A DNA stretch of 64,000 bases from an uncultured Spirochaetales bacterium (GCA_964442285.1 CAYTZH010000002.1:36260-100259), one strand, 5' to 3'. Positions 28,477 to 38,080 are shown, numbered from the stretch's first letter. Translations and numbers: made by a program. The notes: a model not told the origin generated them from the letters alone.

Positions 28477-29505
28477 ATGAACGAGGTCTCCTGCCTCTAC
28501 TTCGGCGGTGTTTTCGACGGACTTACGGTTCGAGGGATTCCCCACGAGCGCCTGGTCGATGGGCTGCCGGTCTCGCTCGACACGTTGCGCGGATTCCGGA
28601 AGCGGGTCGACTGGGATCTCTTCGTGCAGCTCAACGAGCGTCTGGAAGAGCTCTGCGGCGGCCCGGAAGAGCTGTTCGCCCTCGGACGCAACCACCTCCG
28701 GAGTGCGTCCAGCTTCGGGTTCATGCGGCTCGTCGCGCGCGTCTTCCGTCGGCCCCGAGACTTGTACTGGATGGGCACGGTCTGGTTCGGCCGCAGCCTG
28801 TTCTCGAATCTCGAGGACGAGTTCGAGGATCTGCCGGACGGGCGCATCCGGGAGGTCGTCCGGATCCCGGCGGCCTACCGCGATTGCCCGCAGATGTTCC
28901 ACCTGACCCACGGTGTGCTCACTGCAGTGCCGAAGCTGCTTCGCCATCCCGAGGCCGACGTCGAGATGAAGCTGGACGATCGGGAGGCGACCTACTTCAT
29001 CCGTCCGCCCGCCCAGGAGCGCTTCGCCCGGCGCAAGCTGGCCGCGCTCACCTCGCGCTTCTCGGCTTGGGAGCTCGTCGAGGCCATGAGCGAGCAGCAG
29101 GAGGAGCTGAAGCAGAGCTACCGGGAGCTCGGGGCGGCCCGCGAGCAGGTCGTCGCCCAGGCCCGCCAGCTCCAGCTCGTGCACCAGCTCGGCGAGGAGC
29201 TGAGCGCGCACGTGGGCGTCGACGCGCTCACCGACGGTCTGGCCGACGTCTTCGCGCGACATCTGCCCGACCACCGCATCGCCCTGTGGCTGCGCTCGCG
29301 GGAAGGGGAGGACGAGACGCTCCTGCGACCGGCCGCCGCGTCGGCGCCGCCGGATCGGACCTATCCGCTGAAGACGGGGAGCGGCCCGGTGGGCCGCCTC
29401 GAGGTCTGGGGCGGGCAGGTGTCGGACCGGGACGAGCTGCTCGAGGGGCTCGTGCCGTGGATCGCCCTGGCGCTCGACAACGCCCGCAGCCACGCGAGGG
29501 GGTGA
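28477..29505 (+). CDS. Hypothetical sensor-like protein with coiled coil and C-terminal GAF-like domain
   Basis: ATG at 28477. Central coiled coil (SEQQEELKQSYRELGAAREQVVAQARQLQL). The end, PVGRLEVWGG...LLEGLVPWIALALDNARSHA, is typical of a GAF C-terminus. Confidence 0.6.
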   Translation: MNEVSCLYFGGVFDGLTVRGIPHERLVDGLPVSLDTLRGFRKRVDWDLFVQLNERLEELCGGPEELFALGRNHLRSASSFGFMRLVARVFRRPRDLYWMGTVWFGRSLFSNLEDEFEDLPDGRIREVVRIPAAYRDCPQMFHLTHGVLTAVPKLLRHPEADVEMKLDDREATYFIRPPAQERFARRKLAALTSRFSAWELVEAMSEQQEELKQSYRELGAAREQVVAQARQLQLVHQLGEELSAHVGVDALTDGLADVFARHLPDHRIALWLRSREGEDETLLRPAAASAPPDRTYPLKTGSGPVGRLEVWGGQVSDRDELLEGLVPWIALALDNARSHARG

Positions 29506-29529
29506 CACCGACCCGCGCCCGGCGGCGGC

Positions 29530-30183
29530 TCAGGGGAAGCGCGGGCGCGGGGGCCGCGGCGGGCGGTAGGGCCGATAGGGCCGGCCCGGGTAGTACGGCC
29601 GCGGTGCGTAGCCGGGGACCGGCACGGGGACGACCTCGGTGTGGGTCTCGGCGCGGGGGTCGGGCACCCGCGCAATCGGGACGAGCGAGGCCTGGACCGT
29701 GAGGGTCTCGTTCGGCGGGAGATCCACCTCCTGGGCGAAGGGCGTGTAGCCCGGGCGCTCCACCCGGACGACGTGGGGCCCGGACGGCACCTCGTGTGCC
29801 TGGGGGCTCGAGGGACCCACGGGCGTGTCGTCGATCCAGACCGTGTCGCCCGAGACGTTGGAGCGCACGATCAGGTATCCGGCCAGGCCCAGGAGCTCCA
29901 CCTGCAGGACGGTCGGGCGATCCGCGCTCACCTCGATCTCCGCTGACCAGGGCTGATAGCCCTCCGCCTTCACCTCCACGGTGTGCGGCCCCGCCTCGAG
30001 CTCGAAGCCGTCGGGGCCCACGGCGCCGGTGGCGACGCCGTCGACGAAGACCTGTGCGCTGGGCTCCTCGCTGAGGACGACCACGTGGCCGCGCTCCGTA
30101 CACGCCAGCACGAGCAGGGCGACCAGGCCCGCAGCCAGCAGGCGCCGCTGCCGAGCGTCGAGACGGCGAGAGGTGGCTTCCAT
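29530..30183 (-). CDS. PEGA-domain protein with Pro/Arg/Tyr-rich tail
   Basis: Two PEGA-like repeats (VFVDGVATG...LEAGPHTVEVKAEGYQPW; VWIDDTPVG...VPSGPHVVRVERPGYTPF). Membrane anchor LLAAGLVALLVLAC. Confidence 0.75.
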   Translation of the reverse strand: MEATSRRLDARQRRLLAAGLVALLVLACTERGHVVVLSEEPSAQVFVDGVATGAVGPDGFELEAGPHTVEVKAEGYQPWSAEIEVSADRPTVLQVELLGLAGYLIVRSNVSGDTVWIDDTPVGPSSPQAHEVPSGPHVVRVERPGYTPFAQEVDLPPNETLTVQASLVPIARVPDPRAETHTEVVPVPVPGYAPRPYYPGRPYRPYRPPRPPRPRFP

Positions 30184-30344
30184 GACACCGAACGCTACCC
30201 GAAGCGCGGGACCGGCAACAGAGCGGCAGCCATATGGAGCGCCAATCCCATCGCGGGCGGGGCGGGGAGGGCAATTCGCGGCACACCTCCGCGGGCGCCG
30301 GGCGTAGACTGGAGCGACCCCCCGCCACCTCACGGAGGAGCGTC

Positions 30345-33212
30345 GTGCAGCACCGAAACCGCCTGAGTCGGATCGCCCTGCTCGTGGCCGCGGGCGTCGC
30401 CGCCCTGCAGCTCGGCATGACCTGCAACCAGAATCCCCGGCCCGGGCTGGGGGCCCAGCTCTTCACCAGCCCCCAGGCCAATCCGATCGCCCTGTCCAAC
30501 GACGGCCAGGTCCTCTACGTGGCCAACACCACCGCCGGCACCCTCACCCTCTTCGACGCCAATCCGCCCTTCGCCCCGCTCGCCATCATCCCGGTGGGGC
30601 TCGACCCGGTCGGGATCGCCGTGAAGCCCAAGGCCCAGCCGAGCGATCCGGAGATCCTGCTCGTCACCAACCACATCTCGGACACGATCTCGGTGGTGGA
30701 CGCGGGGCAGCGAGCCGTGATCCAGACCCTCCAGGAGCTGGATGGCAGCGGCGTGAGCCTGACCGACGAGCCCGTGGGCGTGGCCTTTGACGGGCCCACC
30801 CGGGCCTTCGTGACCCTGGACAACCCCAACCAGGTACTGGCGCTCACGATCGACGCCGCCGGGAACGCGGCGCTCTCCGAGGACCGGGCCACGTTGACCG
30901 CCCAGGCGCCCCGCGCCCTCACCGTGTCGGGCGGCCGGGTCTTCGTCGCCGCGTTCGAGTCGGGCAACCAGAGCGAGTTCAACTCCTGCGGCCCCGGCGG
31001 CGGCCCCGCCTACGACCCGAACGGCCACGGCGGCGATGGCACCGGCTGCGAGTTCCCGCTCAACTTCGGCACGCTGGTGGCGTTCGCCACGAGCCCGAAC
31101 ATCGGGGGCGAGGTCGTGCACAACGGGCTGATTCCCGACCGCGACCTCTTCGTGTACGACGCCGCGGACTTCTTCGACGCCGACGGGAGCGCCGAATCGG
31201 TCCAGCCCGTGGACGTCGTGGAAGGGTTGGGCACGCTGCTCTACGGCGTGGCCGCCGTGGGCGACACGGTCTTCGTCACCAACACCGAGGCCCGGAACAA
31301 GAAGGACGGGCTGGATGCCCTGGCGAACCGGATGTTCGAGAACCGGCTCTCGGTCGTCTCCTGCCCGGGCGGGGCCTGCGGCGCGCCCCTCGTGGTGGAC
31401 CTCGAGTCCGGGGCCGCCAACCCCTTCGGCGTGCCCGTGCCCACGCCCTACGGCGTGCGGGCGGCCGTCGACGGCCAGGTGCTCGTGGCGAGCGTGGCGG
31501 GCTCGGACGGCGTTCCGGCGGACGCGGGCGACCCGAGCACCGTCGACGTGGACATTCCCGGACTCGTGACCCTCGATGCGGCGGGCAACGTCCTGGGCCA
31601 CGTCCAGACCGGGGCGATTCCCCAGGGCGTGGCGTTGGCGTCGGACGGGCTCGGCGCGGCCCAGACGGCCTTCGTCCTGAACACGGTCGGCAACACCGTC
31701 TCCGTGGTGGACGTCTCGAATCCGGCGGCGCCGTCGGTGACCGCCAGCTTCTCCGCCGGCGGCGACCCCACGCCGGCCAGCGTGCGCGAGGGGCGCATCG
31801 CCTTCAGCTCCGCCCGGGCCTCCACGAGCGGCACGTTCTCCTGCGAGTCGTGCCATCCGAACGGCAACATCGATCACATCGACTGGACCATCAACACGAC
31901 CCTCGGTCCCCAGGACGCCTGCGGCGGCGGCGTGGTGTGTCCCGAGCCGCGCTCCACCATGCCGATCCGCGGGCTGCGCAACACGCTGCCGCTGCACTGG
32001 GCCGGCAACCTGGCCGACCCTTTCGCGGGGGTCGGCGTCGGCGCCCCGGAGGACCCGGTCGCGCCCGACTGCGACCTGGACGTGGACGGCGAGGTGGGCT
32101 GCATCCGTCACCTGGTGGACGCGAGCCTCTCGGGCGTGATGTGTGCGCAGAGCCCGAGCTGCGCGGCCGGACCCACCCTGCTTCCGGGCGCCCTCGACGC
32201 GGGCGAGCGCGACGCCATGGCGGCGTTCCTGGCTGCGGTGGCCTTCCCGCCGAGTCCGGAGCGGCGTCCCAGCGACGTGCTCTCGGCGTCGGCGGCCGTG
32301 GGCGTGAACGACTTCTTCCTGAACAATGGCTCGATCCTGGGAGGCGGCTGTGCCAGCGACGAGAGCGGCTGTCACGCGCTCCCGCTCACGGTGTCCACCA
32401 ACTCGCCGGTCGTGGGCGGCTTCGACGCGCCCTCGATCCGCGGGCTCTGGGACCGGCACATCACCTTCTCGAACGGGCTGACCAGCTCCTACGACAACCT
32501 GGCGGAGTCCGGGTTCGACCCGGCAACGACGGGCATGAGCGAGTTCGGCTCCCTGGCCGCGACCTTCCCCGGCTTGTTCACGCTGGCCTACAGCGTCCCG
32601 GTCACCAACATCTGGGCGCTGATCAACGAGATGAGCGTGGGCCTGCCCGGCCTCACCGGACGCCAGCTCGACCTGACCCCGACCAACGCGGCCGACGCCG
32701 GGGTCGGGGCCTCGCTCGCCCAGATCGAGGCCATGGCGGACGAGGGGCGCATCACCGCGGCGGCGGCCGCCATGGGCGTGAACCACCGTTTCGACCCGGC
32801 GAGCGGTCTCTGGGTGCCCGCGCGCGGCGCGAGCCTCACCACCGCGGAGCTTCGCGACCTGGCCGTGACCAGCGGCCGGACGATCGTGGTGACCGCGCAG
32901 CTTCCCCAGGGCATGTCGATCGGAGGCGCCGACCGCCAGCCGCTGCTCTGGGCGGACGACCTGCCCAACGCGACCGGGGGGTCGCCCACGATCACCGTGG
33001 ACGCCCAGTACGTGGAGGCCTCGGCGGCGGTGCTCGTGGACGGGGTGCGCTGCGCCGGCTGCGGCCTGGCGCTCGGGGCCGACACCGTGGACATCACCCT
33101 GAGCCCGCTGCCGTCGAACGGGCTGCACGTGGTCCAGGTCCACAACCCGGACAGCTACGCCAGCAACGAGCTGCCGGTGTGCGTGAACGGCGGCTGCAAC
33201 GCCGGCTTCTAG
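30345..33212 (+). CDS. Large lipoprotein: YVTN-type beta-propeller + single CxxCH heme motif region + IPT/TIG-like C-terminus
   Basis: GGAGGA RBS with a GTG start. Lipobox-like LQLGMTC. Repeats LYVANTTAGTLTLFD, LVTNHISDTISVVD, VLNTVGNTVSVVDVS. FSCESCHPNGNIDHIDW. Confidence 0.75.
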   Translation: MQHRNRLSRIALLVAAGVAALQLGMTCNQNPRPGLGAQLFTSPQANPIALSNDGQVLYVANTTAGTLTLFDANPPFAPLAIIPVGLDPVGIAVKPKAQPSDPEILLVTNHISDTISVVDAGQRAVIQTLQELDGSGVSLTDEPVGVAFDGPTRAFVTLDNPNQVLALTIDAAGNAALSEDRATLTAQAPRALTVSGGRVFVAAFESGNQSEFNSCGPGGGPAYDPNGHGGDGTGCEFPLNFGTLVAFATSPNIGGEVVHNGLIPDRDLFVYDAADFFDADGSAESVQPVDVVEGLGTLLYGVAAVGDTVFVTNTEARNKKDGLDALANRMFENRLSVVSCPGGACGAPLVVDLESGAANPFGVPVPTPYGVRAAVDGQVLVASVAGSDGVPADAGDPSTVDVDIPGLVTLDAAGNVLGHVQTGAIPQGVALASDGLGAAQTAFVLNTVGNTVSVVDVSNPAAPSVTASFSAGGDPTPASVREGRIAFSSARASTSGTFSCESCHPNGNIDHIDWTINTTLGPQDACGGGVVCPEPRSTMPIRGLRNTLPLHWAGNLADPFAGVGVGAPEDPVAPDCDLDVDGEVGCIRHLVDASLSGVMCAQSPSCAAGPTLLPGALDAGERDAMAAFLAAVAFPPSPERRPSDVLSASAAVGVNDFFLNNGSILGGGCASDESGCHALPLTVSTNSPVVGGFDAPSIRGLWDRHITFSNGLTSSYDNLAESGFDPATTGMSEFGSLAATFPGLFTLAYSVPVTNIWALINEMSVGLPGLTGRQLDLTPTNAADAGVGASLAQIEAMADEGRITAAAAAMGVNHRFDPASGLWVPARGASLTTAELRDLAVTSGRTIVVTAQLPQGMSIGGADRQPLLWADDLPNATGGSPTITVDAQYVEASAAVLVDGVRCAGCGLALGADTVDITLSPLPSNGLHVVQVHNPDSYASNELPVCVNGGCNAGF

Positions 33213-33253
33213 GTCGCGCGGAGTCGCCCGCCAGAACCGCAGCCGGAGCCCGG

Positions 33254-33952
33254 CTACGCCAGGTCGAACAGCAGCGCTTCGACGTCGGAGCGCGCGGACA
33301 GCTCGACGCCCGCCTCGTCAGCGAGGGCCACGCCGTCCCCGGTCGCCGCCGCCCGGCCGTTCACCTCGAGCTCGCCCCGGACCACCTGGAGCCAGCCGAA
33401 GCGCCCCGGCGCCAGGTCGTGACGGACCCTCTCGCCGGGAGCGAGGAGCGTGGCGTAGAGGGACACGTCCTGGTGGACGTGCACGGCGTCCCCCGTCGCA
33501 GCGGGCCCGGCGATCCGGTACAGCCTTCCGCGACGCGACGCCTCGGGGAACGCCCGCTGGTCGTAGGTGGGCGCGAGCCCCTTCGCGTCGGGCACGATCC
33601 AGATCTGGAGGAAGTGGACCGGCTCGGTCGCCGAGGGGTTGTACTCGCTGTGGGTCACTCCGGTGCCGGCCCGCATGAGCTGGAGCTCGCCGGGTCGGAT
33701 CACGGAGCCGTGCCCCATGCTGTCCCGATGCTCGAGGGCTCCGTCGATGACGTAGCTCAGGATTTCCATGTCCCGATGGGCGTGGGTGTCGAAGCCCTTT
33801 CCGGGCTGGACCCGGTCCTCGTTGATCACCCGCAGGGACCGGAACCCCATGAAGCGCGGATCGTGGTAGCCGGCGAACGAGAAGGTGTGACGGCTCTCGA
33901 GCCAGCCGTGCTGCGCGTGGCCGCGCTCTTCGGACTTGCGCACTTCCAGCAT
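33254..33952 (-). CDS. Pirin family protein
   Basis: HGWLESRHTFSFAGYHDP...GFDTHAHRDMEILSYVIDGALEHRDSMG is the classic pirin cupin signature. Confidence 0.9.
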   Translation of the reverse strand: MLEVRKSEERGHAQHGWLESRHTFSFAGYHDPRFMGFRSLRVINEDRVQPGKGFDTHAHRDMEILSYVIDGALEHRDSMGHGSVIRPGELQLMRAGTGVTHSEYNPSATEPVHFLQIWIVPDAKGLAPTYDQRAFPEASRRGRLYRIAGPAATGDAVHVHQDVSLYATLLAPGERVRHDLAPGRFGWLQVVRGELEVNGRAAATGDGVALADEAGVELSARSDVEALLFDLA

Positions 33953-34223
33953 GGTTCCCTCTCTCCAGGCGATGAGGTAGGCGATGAAGCAGGAGCAGTC
34001 CAGCAGCGACTCGCCGCCGTTCGGCGCGAGGGGGGCCGTGGATGCAGGCTGTGGTGTGGGCGCGGCGTGGACCACCTGGCCTCCCGCCCCAGGGCGAGCG
34101 CGCCCTGGAGCAGGATGAGGTCTTCGGGCGGACTGAGGTACGCCTACACGATGGTGCACAAGGCGGACGAGCGGGTGAAGCACGGCAAGCGGCTGCAGCC
34201 GATCGCCGCGAAGCCCCAGCGGC

Positions 34224-35096
34224 TCAGCGCGGCCGCTCGGCCGCGACCATGTAGCGCCAGAACCGGCGCGGCTCGCCCAGGGCGAAGTCCCCGCCGGCCT
34301 TGTGCTGCAGCGAGGCGTTGTCCCACACGAGCACGTCGTGGTCGCGCCAGGGATGCTCGCAGCGGGGGGCCTCGGCCTCGGCGCGATCCTGCAGCCCCTG
34401 GAGCAGCGACCGGCCCTCGTCCACGGGCAGGCCCTCCACGTGCTTCGCCCGGTCGAGGTCGAGGAACAGCGCCCGGGTGCCCGCCACCGGATGGGTGCGC
34501 ACCAGGGGGTGGGTCACCTCCACCAGCGCCTCCGGGGGCCCGTGGGCCGCGCGCCGCGGAGGAAAGGCGTCCTCGTTGTTGTAGGCGTAGACCACCCGCA
34601 GCGCGGCGATACGGTCGCGGGTGGGCCCGCCCAGCCGGGCATAGGCGGCCCGCATGTCGAGAAAGCAGGTGGGGCCACCCCGCGAAGGCAGCGCCCGGGC
34701 GTGGAGCACCGTGACCCGGGCCGGATCCTCGGTGAAGGTGTCGTCGGTGTGGTAGGTCTCGAACAGGCCCGGGCGCTCGTCGTCGAGGCCGCCGAGCTGG
34801 AGCTCGCCGCGGGCCTCCGGCGTCATCACGAAGCCGGAGTCGATGGTCTGGCGCCGGTCGGCATAGCGGAGGACGCCGCCGTCGCGGGTGCGGCCCACGG
34901 GATCCTTGATCGGGCCGAACGCCTCGGCGACCGACTGCAGCTCCGCGTCGTCGAGTCGGCGTCCCAGGCGCAGGCACAGGACGCCGGCCTCGGCGAGCAG
35001 GGAGCGCAGCCGATCCCCGTTCGCGGCGACACGGTCGGGCGCGACGCCCAAGACGTCCGCCACCGAGAAGCCCTCGCCCCTCGAAACCTCGAGCAT
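34224..35096 (-). CDS. TauD/TfdA-family Fe(II)/2-oxoglutarate dioxygenase
   Basis: YHTDDTF (HxD), VTVLHA, VLVWDNASLQHKA. Confidence 0.8.
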   Translation of the reverse strand: MLEVSRGEGFSVADVLGVAPDRVAANGDRLRSLLAEAGVLCLRLGRRLDDAELQSVAEAFGPIKDPVGRTRDGGVLRYADRRQTIDSGFVMTPEARGELQLGGLDDERPGLFETYHTDDTFTEDPARVTVLHARALPSRGGPTCFLDMRAAYARLGGPTRDRIAALRVVYAYNNEDAFPPRRAAHGPPEALVEVTHPLVRTHPVAGTRALFLDLDRAKHVEGLPVDEGRSLLQGLQDRAEAEAPRCEHPWRDHDVLVWDNASLQHKAGGDFALGEPRRFWRYMVAAERPR

Positions 35097-35207
35097 CGAC
35101 TCGGTCCCCTCGACCTCCTCCCGCGGTATCCTAGCGGCTCCCGGATGGCCACCGTACGGCTCCGGCCGGGCGCCGGGCGGCTCCCGGGCGGGTTGAGGAG
35201 GCGCGAA

Positions 35208-36263
35208 GTGCACGACGACGAGCGAGCCCGCGACGGCCTGAGCCGCCGTCGCTTCGTGCAGCTCCTGGCGATGCTCGCCGTGGGCGGCCGGACCCTGCTG
35301 CAGTCCCGCGACGCCCGGGCCGCGGTCTACGCCGCCCGGGAGGCCGCGGGGGCGTCCGGCGGGTGGCCGGCCATGAGCTACCGCACCCTCGGCCGCACCG
35401 GGTTCCGCGCCAGCCGCCTCGTCTTCGGCTGCGGCGCGGCCCTGATGTTCCGGCCGAAGGACGCCCTCCTCGACGCCGCCCTCGACGCCGGGGTCAACGT
35501 CTTCGACGTGGGCTATCGGGGCTACTACCGCAACGCCGAGGAGCACCTCGCGCCCTTTCTCCAGAAGGCGCGCGACCGGATCTTCCTCATCTCGAAGGCC
35601 CCGGCGCCCCTGGAGGCGGAGCCGGATGCCGAGGTGAGCGTCGCCCAGGCGCGGACGTCGGCCGCCACCTGGGCGGAGCGGCTCGACGGCAGCCTGAAGG
35701 AGCTCCGGGTCGACCGCGTCGACGCCTACTACCTGATGGCCGCGTACAACCCGTCGCTGGTCGCCAGCGACGAGGTCTACGCCGCCTTCCAGAAGGCGAA
35801 GCAGGCGGGGAAGGTGCGCTTCTTCGGCCTGAGCACCCACCGCAACGCCGAGCGCGTGCTGCTGGCCGCCGCCGGAACGGGCCACTTCGACCTGGCCATG
35901 ATCGCGATCACCCCGGGCGGCTGGTACGACTGGGAGAGCAAGGCCGTGCTCCCCGGGTCCCCGCCCCTGACCGGCCTGCGCTCGGTGCTCGAGACGGCGC
36001 GCGCGGCGGGCATGGGCCTGGTGGGGATGAAGGCGGCCCGCCACCTGGCCGGGATGCCCTTCCTGGGCTGGTTCGACAAGCCCGGCGCCTTCGACCGCTA
36101 CTACGACGAGCGCCTGAGGGCCGCACCGCTCTCGGCCTTCCAGCGCACCTACGCCTACGTGCTGGCCCACGGGCTGGACGTGGTGAACGCGGACATGGGC
36201 TCGTTCGCCCACCTGAAGGAGAACGTCGAGGCGGCGACGACGTCGCAGAGCTACTTCGCCTAG
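35208..36263 (+). CDS. Aldo/keto reductase with predicted twin-arginine (Tat) signal peptide
   Basis: GTG at 35208, 7 nt after GAGGAGG. SRRRFVQLLAMLAVGG...ARA Tat-type leader. AKR core YRTLGRTGFRASRLVFGCG...VDAYYL...FFGLSTH. Confidence 0.8.
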   Translation: MHDDERARDGLSRRRFVQLLAMLAVGGRTLLQSRDARAAVYAAREAAGASGGWPAMSYRTLGRTGFRASRLVFGCGAALMFRPKDALLDAALDAGVNVFDVGYRGYYRNAEEHLAPFLQKARDRIFLISKAPAPLEAEPDAEVSVAQARTSAATWAERLDGSLKELRVDRVDAYYLMAAYNPSLVASDEVYAAFQKAKQAGKVRFFGLSTHRNAERVLLAAAGTGHFDLAMIAITPGGWYDWESKAVLPGSPPLTGLRSVLETARAAGMGLVGMKAARHLAGMPFLGWFDKPGAFDRYYDERLRAAPLSAFQRTYAYVLAHGLDVVNADMGSFAHLKENVEAATTSQSYFA

Positions 36264-36289
36264 ACGGAGGTGCCACCGCTCCGCCCGCC

Positions 36290-37168
36290 ATGGGAACGCT
36301 TCCGGCCAAGTTCGTCCTGCTCGCGATCCTGCTGGGCGCCGTGGCCGGCGCCTACGCCTTCGTGGCCCGTCCCTACCAGCTCCACTGGGGCGCGACGGCG
36401 GAGGAGATCGCGCGGTCCATGCCCGGCGACGAGCTCCACGGCGCGCCCACCTTCCTGGCCACCCGCGCCATCACCATCGAGGCCGGCCCCGACGCGATCT
36501 GGCCCTGGCTGATCCAGATGGGGTGGGGCCGAGGTGGCTTCTACGCCTACGACGTCATCGAGAACCTGGGCAGCCCACGCGGGATCCGCAGCGCGGACCG
36601 CATCCTGCCCGAGTACCAGCAGCTCCGGGCGGGCGACGAGGTCCCGATCAGCGCAGTCCACAGCATGGTGTTCCATCGGATCGAACGGGGTCGGCTCGTG
36701 GTGTGGGCCGGAACGGCCCCGGAGGCGCCCGGCGCCTTCGCGTGGGTGCTCTATCCGGAGGGCCCGGGCCGCACGCGGCTCGTGAGCCGGATCGGCTGGA
36801 CCCATCGCTGGACGAGCCCCGCGACGCTTCCTCTGGAGCTCTTCACGGAGCTCGCCGACCACGTGGCGGTCCGCAGGGTCCTGCGGGGCGTGAAGGACCG
36901 GGCCGAGGGACGTACCGAGCCGTTCTTCGTGCACGTGCTGGAGCTCGCCGTCTACGTGCTGGCGCTCCTCACGGCGCTCGCGGCGGGGGCGGGCCTCCTG
37001 CTCCGCCCGCTGCGGGGACGCACGGTCGTGTGCGCCCTGGGCGCGGGTCTCGCCTGGCTCGTCGTCTGGTACGCGCCCCTGCCGACGGCCGGAGCCGCCG
37101 CGGTCGCCCTCGCCAGCGCCGCGGGAACCGGCTGGGGGATCAGCGGGGGACGTCGCCCTCGACGGTGA
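36290..37168 (+). CDS. Membrane protein with SRPBCC-like domain (hypothetical)
   Basis: N-terminal TM helix, soluble core (IWPWLIQMGWGRGGFYAYD), two C-terminal TM helices. 29-nt convergent overlap with the next gene. Confidence 0.6.
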   Translation: MGTLPAKFVLLAILLGAVAGAYAFVARPYQLHWGATAEEIARSMPGDELHGAPTFLATRAITIEAGPDAIWPWLIQMGWGRGGFYAYDVIENLGSPRGIRSADRILPEYQQLRAGDEVPISAVHSMVFHRIERGRLVVWAGTAPEAPGAFAWVLYPEGPGRTRLVSRIGWTHRWTSPATLPLELFTELADHVAVRRVLRGVKDRAEGRTEPFFVHVLELAVYVLALLTALAAGAGLLLRPLRGRTVVCALGAGLAWLVVWYAPLPTAGAAAVALASAAGTGWGISGGRRPRR

Positions 37169-37937
37169 TCCGGAGCATGTTGCGGGGCGCGTCGCCGTAG
37201 TCGTGCACGGCGTAGTGCAGGACCGAGCGGTTGTCCCACATCACGAGGTCGCCCGGGCGCCAGCGGTGGCGGTACTGCAGGTCCGGCGCCGTGGCGCGCT
37301 CGCTCAGCAGGTCGAGCAGCGGTCGGCTCTCCTCGGGAGTCATGTCCTCGAAGGCCAGGGTGAAGGCGCGACTCACGTAGAGGGCCTTGCGCCCGGTCTC
37401 CGGGTGGGTGCGCACCACGGGGTGGAGCTGCCCGTGCTCCCGCCAGGCCTCCGGCTTGCTCAGCGCGGCGCCGAGGCCCCGGCCCGTGTGCACGGCCCGC
37501 AGACCCTCGAGCATGCGCCGCAGCCCGGCGGAGAGGCGCTCGAAGGCCAGGTGCTGATTGGCGAAGAGCGTGTCGCCGCCGGCCTCCGGGACCTCCTGGG
37601 CGTAGAGCGCGCTCGCCAGGGGAGGCCGCTCGGCGAAGCTCACGTCCGAGTGCCAGACCTCGGTGATGGTGCGGCGCTTGCCCCGGTTGACGATCGGAAT
37701 CACCTCCTCGTGGTCCGGCAGGTGCGGCACGATGGGGTGCACGTAGAGGGAGCCGAAGTGGCGGCCGAAGGCCACCAGGGCCGCCGGATCGAGCTTCTGG
37801 TCCCGGAAGACCAGCACGTGGTGGTCGAGGAAGGCCCGCTGGATCCGCTCGAACTCCTCGGGCTCGAGGTGCCCGAGGTCGACCCCTCGCACCTCCGCGC
37901 CCAGGGATCCGGTCTGGGGAGCGATGTCGATCCGCAT
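37140..37937 (-). CDS. Taurine dioxygenase-like TauD/TfdA-family dioxygenase
   Basis: SLGAEVRGVDL, WHSDVSFAERPP, GGDTLFAN, VMWDNRSVLHYA. Confidence 0.9.
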   Translation of the reverse strand: MRIDIAPQTGSLGAEVRGVDLGHLEPEEFERIQRAFLDHHVLVFRDQKLDPAALVAFGRHFGSLYVHPIVPHLPDHEEVIPIVNRGKRRTITEVWHSDVSFAERPPLASALYAQEVPEAGGDTLFANQHLAFERLSAGLRRMLEGLRAVHTGRGLGAALSKPEAWREHGQLHPVVRTHPETGRKALYVSRAFTLAFEDMTPEESRPLLDLLSERATAPDLQYRHRWRPGDLVMWDNRSVLHYAVHDYGDAPRNMLRITVEGDVPR

Positions 37938-38080
37938 GGCCGGCAGGGTATCACGGCTCGGGGGAAGCCCGGGGCCGCAGCGCGGCCCCGGGGGCGCCCG
38001 GGCGCCGGTCCGGGGGCGCCCTCGGGGGCCGGCCCGGATCCCCTCAACTGTCCGGGCCCGTTCTCCGAAGACAGCCGTCG

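Noticed and set aside
30330-33143. 937-aa antisense ORF opposite the beta-propeller lipoprotein. The same applies to 15502..17916, 17513..19621, 31850..34714, 41242..44283, 54126..56813, 58072..61020 (upstream part) and 60643..63429.
   Set aside because: All are compositionally biased (R, G, P, A, H, D runs), lack motifs, and lie opposite or out of frame to genes with clear domain signatures and proper GC3 bias.
33953-34223. Coding-like frame (…YAYTMVHKADERVKHGKRLQPIAAKPQRL…) in the 270-bp spacer upstream of the pirin gene
   Set aside because: It is part of a long shadow ORF (31850..34714), the GC3 signal is patchy, and there is no start/RBS or recognisable motif.
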